From an uncultured Acidobacteriaceae bacterium (GTDB lineage Bacteria; Acidobacteriota; Terriglobia; Terriglobales; Acidobacteriaceae), in assembly GCA_963821115.1 (NCBI GenBank), contig CAWGCH010000001.1:27485-91484 (forward strand): a stretch of 64,000 nucleotides of DNA, written 5' to 3'. The notes under the pieces were generated by a model. It was not told the DNA's origin, made no database searches, and was given only the letters and a program-made list of their open reading frames with translations. This document shows, piece after piece, positions 10,729 to 21,208 of the stretch (position 1 is the stretch's first letter; every line of letters starts with the position of its first letter). Made by a program: the position numbers and the translations under genes.

Positions 10729-11673
10729 GTGACCTCCTGGATCAGCAGCAGCTCATTCTGGATCCACTTCATCGGCGCCGCGCTCCTGATCGTCGGCTGC
10801 ATCCTCGTCGTCAAGAGGGAAGTGCCCGGAGTCCACGGCATCGATAAGATTGTGCCCTTCGGCAAAGTATTCTTCGCCGTCCCTATGGCCGTTTTCGGAA
10901 TGCAGCACTTTTCCTCTCCCTCATTCGTAGCGCAGGTGGTTCCATCCTGGATGCCGTGGCATCTGTTCTGGGTTTATTTTGTCGGGACGGCTCTCATCGC
11001 GTCGACCCTCAGCATCATTACCGGTGTGCAGGCGCGTCTGGCTGCGTTGCTCCTGGGATTGATGCTCTTTCTCTTCGTTGCAATGCTGCATGTGCCCAAT
11101 GTCGTCCATAGTGCGTTCAACAGATTCGCGGTAGCAGCGGCACTGCGGGATCTGGCTTTCGGAGGGAGCATCCTGGCCTTTGCCGGCGCCCTGCCCTGGC
11201 GCGGGCAATCGCGCGTTGCTCATGCGCTCATAACCCTGGGGCGCTTCTTGTTTGCCATTGCGATGATCGTCTTCGGCGTGGAGCATTTTCTGCATCCCGG
11301 CTTTGCGCCGGGCGTTCCCCTCGAAAAGGAGATGCCCTCCTGGATACCTGGGCACCTGCTCTGGTCTTATCTCACCGGCGCGGCCCTTGTGGTCTCCGGC
11401 TTATGCATCGTCTTCAACAAGCGGGCACGCTTAGCGGCAACATGGCTGGGAATCGTGCTGCTTCTCCTGGTCTGGTTTGTCTATCTGCCAATGGAGATCG
11501 CGCATCCATCGGCAGAGATAAGCGGCGAGCTCGATTATCTGGTGGATACGCTGGCGTTGAGTGGGAGCGCCCTGCTGATTGCAGAGGCTCTGCGCGAGCG
11601 AGACATTCGACGACAGACCGCAGATGGGCAGGCAGAGCAGAGCGAGGCAGCCGCCATGACGCAATCCCGATGA
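10729..11673 (+). CDS. DoxX-like membrane protein with internal duplication
   Basis: Two copies of FGxxHF...(V/M)PSW(M/I)PxHLxWxYxxGxAL. GGAGGAG RBS before the GTG start. Confidence 0.75.
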   Translation: MTSWISSSSFWIHFIGAALLIVGCILVVKREVPGVHGIDKIVPFGKVFFAVPMAVFGMQHFSSPSFVAQVVPSWMPWHLFWVYFVGTALIASTLSIITGVQARLAALLLGLMLFLFVAMLHVPNVVHSAFNRFAVAAALRDLAFGGSILAFAGALPWRGQSRVAHALITLGRFLFAIAMIVFGVEHFLHPGFAPGVPLEKEMPSWIPGHLLWSYLTGAALVVSGLCIVFNKRARLAATWLGIVLLLLVWFVYLPMEIAHPSAEISGELDYLVDTLALSGSALLIAEALRERDIRRQTADGQAEQSEAAAMTQSR

Positions 11674-11790
11674 GGGGCGATTGCCAGTCCTGCGAGTCGC
11701 TAAATTCAATGGGCATGGAGTTAGCCAAGGGCTAACGCAATCGGTTTTCAGCAGTAAGAATCCATTCAGCGGCATGGGGAGCTTTACGAC

Positions 11791-12621
11791 GTGACGGTTG
11801 CTTCCGCGATTGAGAACCACAAGGCAGTCGACCAGTTTCTCAAGCTGGGCCGCTATCTGCTGGCGCTGCCCATGCTGATCTACCCGGTCCTGCATTTCGT
11901 GTATCCGCGGTTTGTGGCCGCCATCGTGCCGCCCTGGATCCCCTGGCATCTCTTCTGGACTTACTTCACGGCGCTCACGATTTTCGCTGCGGGACTGGCG
12001 ATCCTGTTTGAAAGATGCGCATGGCTGGCAGCGACCTTACTGGGCACGGAGATTCTTCTGTTCTGCCTGCTGATCCATGTGTTCCTGCTCTTCCACAAAG
12101 CAGATGACCCATGGGCCGGGGCCGCTATGTTTGGCGATCTTTCGAACCGATTGATGAACGCTCCCAAGGATTTCGGACTCAGCGGTGCGTGTTTTATCTT
12201 CGCCGGCGCTCACTCCAGGGCATGGCGAACAAACGGAAAGGACCCGGTCATGACGCTGGGGCGATTGATCCTTGCCGTTTCCATGATCGCTTTCGGCGTG
12301 TTGCATTTTGTTTACCCGGCGTTCGCGCCCGGTATCCCCCCAATGTTCAAGGACGTCTCCTTCCCGATTCCGGGGCATCTGTTCTGGGTTTATCTCACTG
12401 CCGTTGCTTGTCTGAGTGGCGGCGCCAGCATCCTTCTCAATAAGCAAACACGGCTGGCTGCAACCCTGCTGGGGATGATGACCCTGGTCTTCGACCTGCT
12501 GACCTGGGGCCCCAGGTTTCCCTCGCACCCCGGAGATTTGACCGGAAATTGGCTTAAGGATATAGGAATCGCCGGCGGCCTTTTGATTTTGGCTGCGGCA
12601 TTTCCGAAGGAAACGTCGTGA
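11791..12621 (+). CDS. Second DoxX-like membrane protein with internal duplication
   Basis: Two copies of LHFVYP...(W/P)IP(W/G)HLFWxYxTA; paralog of the upstream gene. Confidence 0.75.
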   Translation: MTVASAIENHKAVDQFLKLGRYLLALPMLIYPVLHFVYPRFVAAIVPPWIPWHLFWTYFTALTIFAAGLAILFERCAWLAATLLGTEILLFCLLIHVFLLFHKADDPWAGAAMFGDLSNRLMNAPKDFGLSGACFIFAGAHSRAWRTNGKDPVMTLGRLILAVSMIAFGVLHFVYPAFAPGIPPMFKDVSFPIPGHLFWVYLTAVACLSGGASILLNKQTRLAATLLGMMTLVFDLLTWGPRFPSHPGDLTGNWLKDIGIAGGLLILAAAFPKETS

Positions 12622-12694
12622 GGCGTTACCTCTCTTCAATCAAGACTGCCGGTCGTGGATAGGCGGTTTGGTGAAGAGCGCGATCTGGATGTGA

Positions 12695-14040
12695 CTGCTC
12701 GTTGCGAGCAGGATCCAGTTACAGTGCGTCTCGAGCCTCGCCGTGGGGCAGGCGCAGACCAGGAACTTTGCGCCGCGCGTTGGATTCGCCGAACGCCTGA
12801 TGCCGAATCTGGTGGTTCGCGGCGGATACGGAATTGCTTATGGTGCGCTCGCAAACATCGGCTACGGCGGAACGCTTGGTCAAAACTATCCGTTCATCTA
12901 TAACATCGCCTCTCCCAGCACAAACACTTCAGTTATCCCGATTACTTTGTCTACCGGCCAAACAGCAACTGTAGAGAATACCTTCAACAGCATTAATCTC
13001 TCTGATGCCACGCAGATAAGCGGCGTCGGCGTCAGCCTCTATGGGCGCCAATATAACTACCAGACACCGTATGTCCAAACCATGAATCTCATGGTGCAGG
13101 AACAGTTCACCAATCACGACTCATTTCAGGTTGGAGGAGTGATGGCGCTTGGCCGTCATCTGGATAACTACTACAACACTTTCAATTCGCCATCGCAGAT
13201 ACTGCCGCCTGGAACCGTGGTCGCGAAGTACATCCCCTACCTAACTTCGCGGCGAATACAACCTATGAAACAACGAATGCCGACAGCAATTACAGCGCGT
13301 TGCAGGCGACCTATGAGCATCAGCTTGGGCAGGGGCTGTCGCTGCTTGGCAATTACACGTGGAGCAAGTGCCCGAGCGATCAGCGGACTCAGGCCAAGAC
13401 AGCACCTAACTACCGCGCCCCATGGCTGGCCGGATTCGGCATCGGCGGGGATTACAGCGTCTGCGATATCGATGCGACGAATGTGGTTCATCTCGCCGGA
13501 ACCTATGATCTGCCCGTGGGCCGCGGCAGACAGTTCGCAGGCGATATGAACCGTGCGGAAGACGCTGTCCTGGGCGGCTGGACGGTGAACTTCATCTACA
13601 GCTACCAGAGCGGCCAGCCGCTTACCATTGCGTGCGCTACGTCTACGACCGCCGATTTTGGCTGCGACGCGAATGTTGTCGCCGGACAGGGTGTGTATGC
13701 CGGGCCCCACAATGCGAAACAATGGCTGAACCCGGCCGCGTTTGCCACTCCTCCGACCGCGACCCAGATCGGACAGACGGATTACTCGCCTTTGGGTGCA
13801 TTGCCGGGACAGGCGCGAGGCCCCGGATTTAATAATGTGGATTCTTCGTTGTTTAAGAATTTCACTTTTACGGAGGCGCTTCACCTTCAGTTTCGCGCCG
13901 AGGCCTTCAATACATTCAATACAGTTCAGCTCGCTCAACCAAGCAGCCTGAATTACACCAATACAACCACGTTCGGCTCAATTACAAGCCTGCGCAACGG
14001 GCCTCGAGTACTGCAACTGGCGCTCAAGCTGTTCTACTAG
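12695..14040 (+). pseudogene. 3' remnant of an Oar-like TonB-dependent receptor, 5'-truncated and frameshifted
   Basis: NFAPRVGFA...VVRGGYGIAY, NYTWSK, LQFRAEAFN and a C-terminal RVLQLALKLFY. No N-terminal plug or signal. Single-base frameshift near 13241. Confidence 0.85.
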
Positions 14041-14048
14041 TCAAGTGG

Positions 14049-14081
14049 GCGCGGCTGACGTGCAATGCACGTCAGCTGCGC
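14049..14081 (+). terminator. Strong hairpin after the TonB-receptor remnant (terminator or stabiliser)
   Basis: GCGCGGCTGACGTGCA-A-TGCACGTCAGCTGCGC, followed by a pyrimidine-rich tract. Confidence 0.5.
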
Positions 14082-14113
14082 CTCGTTCTTTCTGCGGGGT
14101 TATCCTCAAGGCT

Positions 14114-15622
14114 ATGTTGCGTAAATGCGGTTTTATCGTGCTGCTTATCTTTCTGGCGACGTGCGACGGGCAGAGTATTGCTGCGAATGGCGCCCCCAAT
14201 CTTGTCCTGCAGGGCGTCGTGCGTTCTTCGCAGCACCAGTCTTACTTCGATGTTCCGTTTGATGTTCCCGCAGGCGTTCATCGCATCACGGTTTATTTTC
14301 ATAACCTGGGGAAACAGCAGGGAACTGTTCTGGACCTCGGCGTTGCCGACCCATTTCGTTTTCGTGGCGAGAGCGGCGGAAACAAGGATCACTTCACCAT
14401 CGGCGAGGCCGATGCGACGCCGTCGTATCTTCCCGGAGCCATTCCCGCCGGGCGGTGGAAAATACTGCTGGCTGTGCCTAACATCCGGCCCGGAGTTACA
14501 TCTCGCTACCAGGCCGAGGTTTACTTCAACCGGGTTATTGACGATAGCTCATTTACGGAGAGCCCCCTCAGTGAACAGCCCGGCTGGTATCGTGGCGATC
14601 TGCACATGCACACGGCGCACAGCGATGGAAGCTGCCCCAGTGAGACCGGCCACCCGGTGCCGTGCCCCGTCTTTGTGACCGTTGAGGCGGCTGCGCACCG
14701 TGGTCTCGACTTCATTGCCATCTCCGACCACAACACCATGTCGCAATATGATGCGATGCGGGAACTGCAGTCATATTTCGACAAGACGCTGCTCATTCCT
14801 GGCCGGGAGATCACGACCTTTCACGGTCATGCCAATATGTTCGGTACGACGCAGTATGTCGATTACCGCCTGGGAACTCCGCAGGTGCCGAACGTGAATG
14901 TCATTTTCCGAAATGCGCACAGGCTCGGAGCAATCGTGTCCATCAACCACCCTGAGGCGCCAACCGGCGAAATCTGCATGGGCTGCGGCTGGAACCCCGA
15001 TTCGCCTGTCGACATGAGCCTGGTGTCGGCTATCGAGGTCATGAATGGCGGAGGCGGCCACGGATATCTTCCCGGCATTCGCTTCTGGCAGGCGCAATTG
15101 GAAAAAGGCTATCGGCCTACGGCCGTTGGCGGCAGCGATAACCATCACGGTGACTGGGCGTCCACAGTCGTTGGATCTGTCGGCAGTCCCACGACGGTTG
15201 TTCATGCACAGAACCTCTCGGTTGCGGCAATTCTCGATGGCATTCGGGAAGGTCATGTCTTCCTCGACATGACCGGATCACGCGATAAGGTGCTCGAATT
15301 GCATGCCGACAGTAAGGCCGGCCACGCTGATATGGGAGATGAACTGACGGTCACCTCAGGCGAAGCAATCAATCTGCAGCTTCATGCCTCGCGCTGCCAG
15401 GGAGCAACCGCGAGCATAGTGGTGGATGGAGCGCCCTCACACGAACTGCCGCCGCAAGCTGTATCCACGGATGATCAGGTTCTGCATTCGACGTGGATCA
15501 GCGACGGCGGCCGCCACTGGTTACGAGCCGAAGTGCGGGATGCGAGCGGTCAACTGCTCCTGCTTGGCAATCCGGTCTATATCAACTTCGGTTCAGCTGC
15601 CGGAGAGAGTGGCAATCCATGA
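14114..15622 (+). CDS. PHP-domain (CehA/McbA-like) metallohydrolase, secreted
   Basis: WYRGDLHMHTAHSDG, AISDHN, PGREIT..GHAN, INHP and GGSDNH motifs; signal peptide after the ATG at 14114. Confidence 0.88.
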   Translation: MLRKCGFIVLLIFLATCDGQSIAANGAPNLVLQGVVRSSQHQSYFDVPFDVPAGVHRITVYFHNLGKQQGTVLDLGVADPFRFRGESGGNKDHFTIGEADATPSYLPGAIPAGRWKILLAVPNIRPGVTSRYQAEVYFNRVIDDSSFTESPLSEQPGWYRGDLHMHTAHSDGSCPSETGHPVPCPVFVTVEAAAHRGLDFIAISDHNTMSQYDAMRELQSYFDKTLLIPGREITTFHGHANMFGTTQYVDYRLGTPQVPNVNVIFRNAHRLGAIVSINHPEAPTGEICMGCGWNPDSPVDMSLVSAIEVMNGGGGHGYLPGIRFWQAQLEKGYRPTAVGGSDNHHGDWASTVVGSVGSPTTVVHAQNLSVAAILDGIREGHVFLDMTGSRDKVLELHADSKAGHADMGDELTVTSGEAINLQLHASRCQGATASIVVDGAPSHELPPQAVSTDDQVLHSTWISDGGRHWLRAEVRDASGQLLLLGNPVYINFGSAAGESGNP

Positions 15623-15953
15623 GGTTGCGTCGTGGATTCGCCATGTTCCATCGCAGACCGTCTCCTATGGCGAATGCTTCATCTAAGACGAATCGTGGGA
15701 GCAAACTCACTGTTGTTGAAACGCGCGACTGCCAATCACATCACGGGTTCGTGCTCACGCATCGGCCTGAGGTACAGATTTCCTTTATACCTCGCCTCTA
15801 CGGAAAGCGTTCGATCTGGCCCTTGATCAGACGACGGAGGGGTGGTCGGAGGCGCCGAGCGTGGAACCCATTACGCGTCCAGACACGAAGTGCTTGGATT
15901 CACCGAGAGCGTGGCTCTCGAATCATCACGGGAAGAATCAGCAGTTTTCCTCA

Positions 15954-16065
15954 GAGGCTGTTATGAACTTCAAGCGAGAGTTTTAGCGAGGTTTCGCAGC
16001 ATGAGGATGTCGAAGGCAAGCAGATGGAGGCCTTTCAGGGTAGTGTCGAGCCGCTCGTAGTCTCT
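15954..16065 (-). mobile_element. Right-end remnant of an IS5-family element
   Basis: Encodes RDYERLDTTLKGLHLLAFDILML, similar to the IS5 transposase C-terminus [23 protein letters not shown]. Ends in TIR GAGGCTGTTATGAACT, one mismatch from the right TIR of the IS5 at 17961-17976. Confidence 0.75.
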
Positions 16066-16836
16066 GTTGAAAGTCTCTAGTTTAAGGGCATGCTTTGCAG
16101 CCTCTGCCATCGGCTTCAAACATCGGATGTCGGAAGCATCGAGTACTACGGCGCGTGCAACGATCAACGCGTGTTCCGTATCAACGGCCGTCTGGACGTT
16201 GTAGGCCAGCAGCGCGGTCTGACGCACCAACATGTAGCCAGCCTCTGGTTCAGGATGTTGCTTTGGCCGTTCTAAAGCAGCTTGCACGGCGGAGGGGTCC
16301 ATATTAGTTTGTTGCTCTTCATCCACTTTCTTAATGCTTTCTAGATAGCGTCGAAGATCCAACCGTTCGCGAGTGCTGTCAACGCTCGCGAACGCACGAA
16401 ACTTCGACCCGTCGATAGCGATCCACTCACCACGGATAAGGCCACAACTCCGCGCAAAGCCAACGATGGCTGCGCCAGCTGCTGTCGTGGCATCAGAGTG
16501 CATTCGCCGGAACTCCGAGATGCTCTTGTGGTCTGGATACAAGCGGCATAGAAGCCACATCAGTTTAACGTTTCGACGGCACTCAGCCTCCAAGCGTCGT
16601 GACGAACGAATCTGATTCAGATAGGCGTACAGATAAAGCTTCAACAAATCGCGCGGATCATAGCCGGGGAGTCCCGTCTCCGCAGCTTGAGCGCGCTCGA
16701 AGCCAAGCTCCGATAGCGCAAGCGTTGCGACGAAGGCATCGATGACGCGGCACATGTGATCGACGGGAATAAGGTCGTCGAGAACGACCGGAAACAACGA
16801 GCCTTGACTCCGGCCTTCACCTTGGATATAAGCCAT
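15970..16836 (-). pseudogene. Truncated IS1182-family transposase fused in frame to an IS5 C-terminal remnant
   Basis: LDDLIP..H..RVIDAFV, GYDPRDLLKLYLY, IRSSRRLE, PDHKSISEFR, IAIDGSK and YNVQ motifs. IS1182-like sequence stops at ~16066, before the remaining catalytic residues. Possible left end AGGGTGCACAAAAAA at ~16930. Confidence 0.85.
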
Positions 16837-17084
16837 AAAATACGATTTCCTCGTGCTTCCGAAGGCATCGTCTCATTGATCACCATTGGAACCGCAAAAA
16901 ACTACACCGTGGTGCTTTTTTGTGCACCCTTCAGGTGACCACAAGCGCATTTCCTAGGTTTCATCTGGTCGATAAGAAACCCGATCAGTCGAAGTCATCA
17001 GTCCTCTACTCGACTATCTTCCTTTTGCAGTTTCTCGATCTTCACCGTTGCGGCGCGAGCACGCTCCCCAATCATGGGCTGCTA

Positions 17085-17976
17085 GAGCTTGTTCATAACT
17101 TTGGACCAAGCTAGATGCTTTGCGCGGTGTTTGATTTTGGCCAGCATGGTTGTATGGGGAACAGTGGTGTTGTTGGGTATCCGAGCGATGTAAGTGATGA
17201 GGAGTGGGCGTTTGTGGCGCCATATCTAGCGCTGTGCCGGGAGGACGCTGCGCAGCGAACGCACTCTCTGCGGGCTGTGTTCAACGGTCTGCGGTACATC
17301 GTGAAGTCGGGCATGCAGTGGCGGATGATGCCGCATGATCTACCGCCCTGGAGAGTGATCTGTCACCAGACGCATCGCTGGAGCCGAGCCGGTTGTTTCG
17401 AGGCGATCGTTGAAGACCTGCGCTCGCTGCTGCGCGAGTTGGCCGGTCGCACTGCCAAGCCCACCGCGATGATTCTCGACAGCCGCACCTTGCAGTCGAC
17501 GCCGGAGTCGGGTGCACGCGCCGGATACGATGGGGCCAAGCGGCGCAAGGGATCGAAGGTGCATGCGGCGGTGGATACGCTAGGTCATCTGCTGGCGCTG
17601 CATGTGACCGCCGCCGATCAACAGGACCGTGCGCAGGTGGAACGACTGGCCGCAGAGGTGCAGCGCATCACGGAAGAGAACGTAGAGCTGGCCTATGTGG
17701 ACCAGGGTTATACGGGAGAAGTGGCCGTTCAGGCTGCCAACCAGCACCGCATCCAGTTGGAGGTGGTCAAGCATGCACAGGCCAGGCGAGGCTTTGTGCT
17801 GCTGCCGCGAAGGTGGGTGGTCGAACGCAGCTTCGCCTGGGCCGCACGCTTCAGGCGACTCGCCAGAGACTACGAACGCCTCTCAGACACTCTCGCAGGA
17901 TTCCACTACTTCGCCTTCACTTGCATCATGCTCGCCAAATTCTTCACCCCGCTCAACCAAAGTTAAGAACAGCCTC
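17085..17976 (+). mobile_element. IS5-family insertion sequence (IS427/IS1031-like), 892 bp
   Basis: TIRs GAGCTTGTTCATAACT (17085) and AGTTAAGAACAGCCTC (17961-17976); TA on both flanks. Confidence 0.88.
17154..17966 (+). CDS. IS5-family DDE transposase
   Basis: [34 protein letters not shown] and [18 protein letters not shown] motifs. Confidence 0.92.
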   Translation: MGNSGVVGYPSDVSDEEWAFVAPYLALCREDAAQRTHSLRAVFNGLRYIVKSGMQWRMMPHDLPPWRVICHQTHRWSRAGCFEAIVEDLRSLLRELAGRTAKPTAMILDSRTLQSTPESGARAGYDGAKRRKGSKVHAAVDTLGHLLALHVTAADQQDRAQVERLAAEVQRITEENVELAYVDQGYTGEVAVQAANQHRIQLEVVKHAQARRGFVLLPRRWVVERSFAWAARFRRLARDYERLSDTLAGFHYFAFTCIMLAKFFTPLNQS

Positions 17977-20900
17977 TAGTGAGCTGCGCTCGGTGCCGCG
18001 GGTGCTGGGCCTTGATGTTTCTTTCGTGAAAAAACACCCAACAGCGTTTTCAAAATGACGTAAAGAGCCGGGATGAAGAAGAGGTTCAGCACGGTCGAAA
18101 GCAACATTCCGCCTACGACGGTGGTGCCGACGGATCTCCGTCCCAAGGCCCCGGCGCCGCTTGCAAAGTAGAGCGGCAGTACGCCGAGAATGAAGGCGAA
18201 GGAGGTCATCAGGATCGGCCGCAGGCGGAGCTCAGCGGCCTCGATCGCAGCGTCGACAATCGATTTGCCCTGCGCGCGGATCTGCTCTGCGAATTCTACG
18301 ATGAGAATCGAGTTCTTCGCAGAGAGTCCGATGAGCATCACGAGGCCGATTTGGCAGTAAACGTCGTCGGCAAGACCGCGCATGGAAACTGCTCCGAGTG
18401 CTCCGAGTACGGCCATGGGAACGGCGAGCAAAATGATGAATGGCAGCGCGAAGCTTTCGTATTGTGCGGAGAGAGTCAGGTAAACAACGAGAATTCCCAG
18501 TCCGAAGATGATGACCGCTTTGCCGCTGGACTCGATTTCTTCGAGCGATAGCCCGGTCCAGGAATAGCTCATTCCCTGAATCATGTTCTTCTTGGCCAGG
18601 TCTTCCATAGCCTGCAGACCTTCGCTGGAGCTGTAGCCGGGGGCGGCCGAGCCGTCGATCTCTGCCGAGCGGAAGAGGTTGTAATGGCTGATGACCTGTG
18701 GCCCGGAGGACTGCTGAATCGACACCAGATTGTCGAGCGAGATCATCTGGCCGCCGTCCGAGCGTACATAGAACTTGCGCAAGTCTCCCGGCGTCATGCG
18801 GCTCGACTGATCAGCCTGCACGTACACGCGATAGGAACGATTATTGAAATCGAAGTCGTTCACGTACTGCGAGCCCATGAACACGCTGAGCGTCGAGCTG
18901 ATCTGGCTGAGTGAAACTCCCATCGCCTTGGCCTTCTCGCGGTCGATGGAGACCAGCAGCTGCGGATCGTTCGCGGTAAAGCTGGTATAGAGATTGACCA
19001 GCTTTTTGCTCTGGCGGCTAGCGCCTACGATCTGATGGGCGACGCGGTCAAGATCGGACAGCGTGTTGCGGCCAAGGTCCTGCAATTCGAACTGGAATCC
19101 TCCGAAAGTACCGAGGCCCTGAATCGCCGGTGGTTCCAGTATGACGACGAGGCCGCCAGGAACGCCGAAAAGTCGCGGGGAGAGCCGGGCGCGCACATCC
19201 GCAGCAGAGTGTCCGGTGCCCTCCTTCGTGCGCTCCTCGACGGCCTTCAGCGGGACGAAGATCAATCCATAATTCGAGGCGCTGCCGCCTGTAATACTGA
19301 AACCCATGACGGCGAAGGTTCCGAAGACATCTTTATCCTGCCGGATGAGCTTAACGGCGCTGGCGGCCACGTTGCTGGTGTAGGTGAGCGAAGCTCCCGG
19401 CGGGGTCTGCACGATACAGATCAGATAGTTCTGGTCTTCTGTGGGAACGAAGGCCGTGGGAACGTGGATATAAAGATAGACTGTTGCCCACAACCCGGCG
19501 GCAAAGACGAGGAGCACGACATAGCGCGCCTTTAAAACATAATGTGTGACGCGGCCATAGAGCTGCGTTGTCTTTTCGATGGTGCGGTCGATCAGCCCGA
19601 AGAGTCCATGTTTTACCCCTTCACCACGCAGGAAGAGCGCTGCGAGCGCAGGAGAAAGCGTAAGCGCGTTGAAAGCCGAGATGGCGATTGCAAACGCGAT
19701 GGTCAGAGCGAATTGACGGTAGAGAATGCCCGTAGTTCCTGGGAAAAACGACACAGGCACGAATACCGAGATCAATACCAGGGATGTCGCAATGACGGCG
19801 CTTGTAACTTCGGACATGGCGACAGAGGTCGCCTGGTGCGGATCAGAGTGTTCTTTGCTGATGTGCCGCTGTACGTTCTCAATGACCACGATGGCGTCAT
19901 CGACGACGAGACCCGTAGCCAGCGTAATGCCGAACATGGTGAGCGAATTGATGGAGAAGCCAAAAGCCTTGATAAAGGCGAAGGTTCCGACGAGCGAAAC
20001 CGGAATAGTGATGGCGGGGATGATCGTCGCGCGCCAGTCGAGCAGGAAGAAGAAGATAACGATAATTACGATGATGATGGCTTCGCCGAGAGTCTGCACG
20101 ACTTCGCGGATTGAGTCACCGACAACAGTCGTTGTGTCAAAAGGAATGACATATTCCAGTCCCGGAGGGAAGGACTTCGCGAGCTCGTCGAGCTCAGCCT
20201 TGGCATCGCGATCCACCTGAAGTGCATTGGCGTTGCTCAGTTGCTGCACGCCGATGCCGATGGCATCCTGGCCGTTATAGCGCAGATCGGTGGAGTAGGT
20301 TTCGGCGCCCAGTTCGGCGTGTCCTACGTCTTTGATCTGAACAATTCCTGAACTCGTATTTTTGATGATGATGTTGTCGAACTGCGAAGGGTCCGACAAT
20401 CGCCCAATCACGCGCACCGCGATCTGGTAAGCCTGCTTTGCGTCCGACGGCGGCTGGCCAACCTGCCCGGCAGGAATTTCGACGTTCTGCTCGGACAGTG
20501 CATTCGTTACATCCACGGCGGTGAGCGAGCGCGCAGCCAGCTTCGCCGGGTCGAGCCAGATGCGCATGGCATATTTGCGCTCGCCAAAGATCTGCACATC
20601 GCCGACACCCTTGATGCGCTTCAAGGCGTCCTTTACATAGACATCAATGTAGTTGCTGATAAATAAGTCGGAGTAGTGTCCGCCGGGCGAGAGAAAGGCG
20701 GCGGCAAAGACGTAATTGGAATTAGCCTTGGTAATGGTGATGCCGGTGTTGTTCACGGCAGCCGGCAGGCGTCCTTGGGCCGATGCAACACGGTTTTGCA
20801 CGTCGACGGCCGCGATGTCCAGGTCGTAGTCAGTCTGGAAAGTAGTGGTGATGGTGCTGCTTCCGTCATTCGCACTGGTCGAAGAAATATAGTGCATGCC

Positions 20901-21119
20901 TTCGACGCCGTTGATCTGCTCTTCGAGCGGAATGGTCACGGCCGACTCCACCGTCTGCGCGTTGGCACCGACGTAGTTGCTGGATACTGTGACCTGTGGG
21001 GGAGCAAGCTGCGGATAGAGCGAAATCGGCAGCGTGGGAATAACGACTGCGCCCGCCAGAACAATGAGCAAGGCGCAAACTGTTGCGAATACTGGCCGGT
21101 GGATAAAGAAATCTACCAA
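17976..21119 (-). CDS. RND (HAE1/AcrB-type) efflux permease
   Basis: 1047 aa; FFIHRPVFA start, GLVVDDAIVVIEN, AKNSILIVEFA and RLRPILMTS motifs. Confidence 0.96.
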   Translation of the reverse strand: MVDFFIHRPVFATVCALLIVLAGAVVIPTLPISLYPQLAPPQVTVSSNYVGANAQTVESAVTIPLEEQINGVEGMHYISSTSANDGSSTITTTFQTDYDLDIAAVDVQNRVASAQGRLPAAVNNTGITITKANSNYVFAAAFLSPGGHYSDLFISNYIDVYVKDALKRIKGVGDVQIFGERKYAMRIWLDPAKLAARSLTAVDVTNALSEQNVEIPAGQVGQPPSDAKQAYQIAVRVIGRLSDPSQFDNIIIKNTSSGIVQIKDVGHAELGAETYSTDLRYNGQDAIGIGVQQLSNANALQVDRDAKAELDELAKSFPPGLEYVIPFDTTTVVGDSIREVVQTLGEAIIIVIIVIFFFLLDWRATIIPAITIPVSLVGTFAFIKAFGFSINSLTMFGITLATGLVVDDAIVVIENVQRHISKEHSDPHQATSVAMSEVTSAVIATSLVLISVFVPVSFFPGTTGILYRQFALTIAFAIAISAFNALTLSPALAALFLRGEGVKHGLFGLIDRTIEKTTQLYGRVTHYVLKARYVVLLVFAAGLWATVYLYIHVPTAFVPTEDQNYLICIVQTPPGASLTYTSNVAASAVKLIRQDKDVFGTFAVMGFSITGGSASNYGLIFVPLKAVEERTKEGTGHSAADVRARLSPRLFGVPGGLVVILEPPAIQGLGTFGGFQFELQDLGRNTLSDLDRVAHQIVGASRQSKKLVNLYTSFTANDPQLLVSIDREKAKAMGVSLSQISSTLSVFMGSQYVNDFDFNNRSYRVYVQADQSSRMTPGDLRKFYVRSDGGQMISLDNLVSIQQSSGPQVISHYNLFRSAEIDGSAAPGYSSSEGLQAMEDLAKKNMIQGMSYSWTGLSLEEIESSGKAVIIFGLGILVVYLTLSAQYESFALPFIILLAVPMAVLGALGAVSMRGLADDVYCQIGLVMLIGLSAKNSILIVEFAEQIRAQGKSIVDAAIEAAELRLRPILMTSFAFILGVLPLYFASGAGALGRRSVGTTVVGGMLLSTVLNLFFIPALYVILKTLLGVFSRKKHQGPAPAAPSAAH

Positions 21120-21208
21120 GAGAGCCTACCTGTCTACTTTTGTGCCGAACTGGATTTGGCGGGAGGAAAAGCACGCAAAGGAGCTTCTCCTCCCGCGATC
21201 GATGGCAA

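Noticed and set aside
15623-15953. Overlapping short ORFs after the PHP gene
   Set aside because: No recognisable motifs; probably degraded sequence next to IS debris.
16998-17075. Short minus-strand ORF MIGERARAATVKIEK... resembling a GMC oxidoreductase tail
   Set aside because: Only ~25 codons and a 6-residue resemblance; insufficient evidence.
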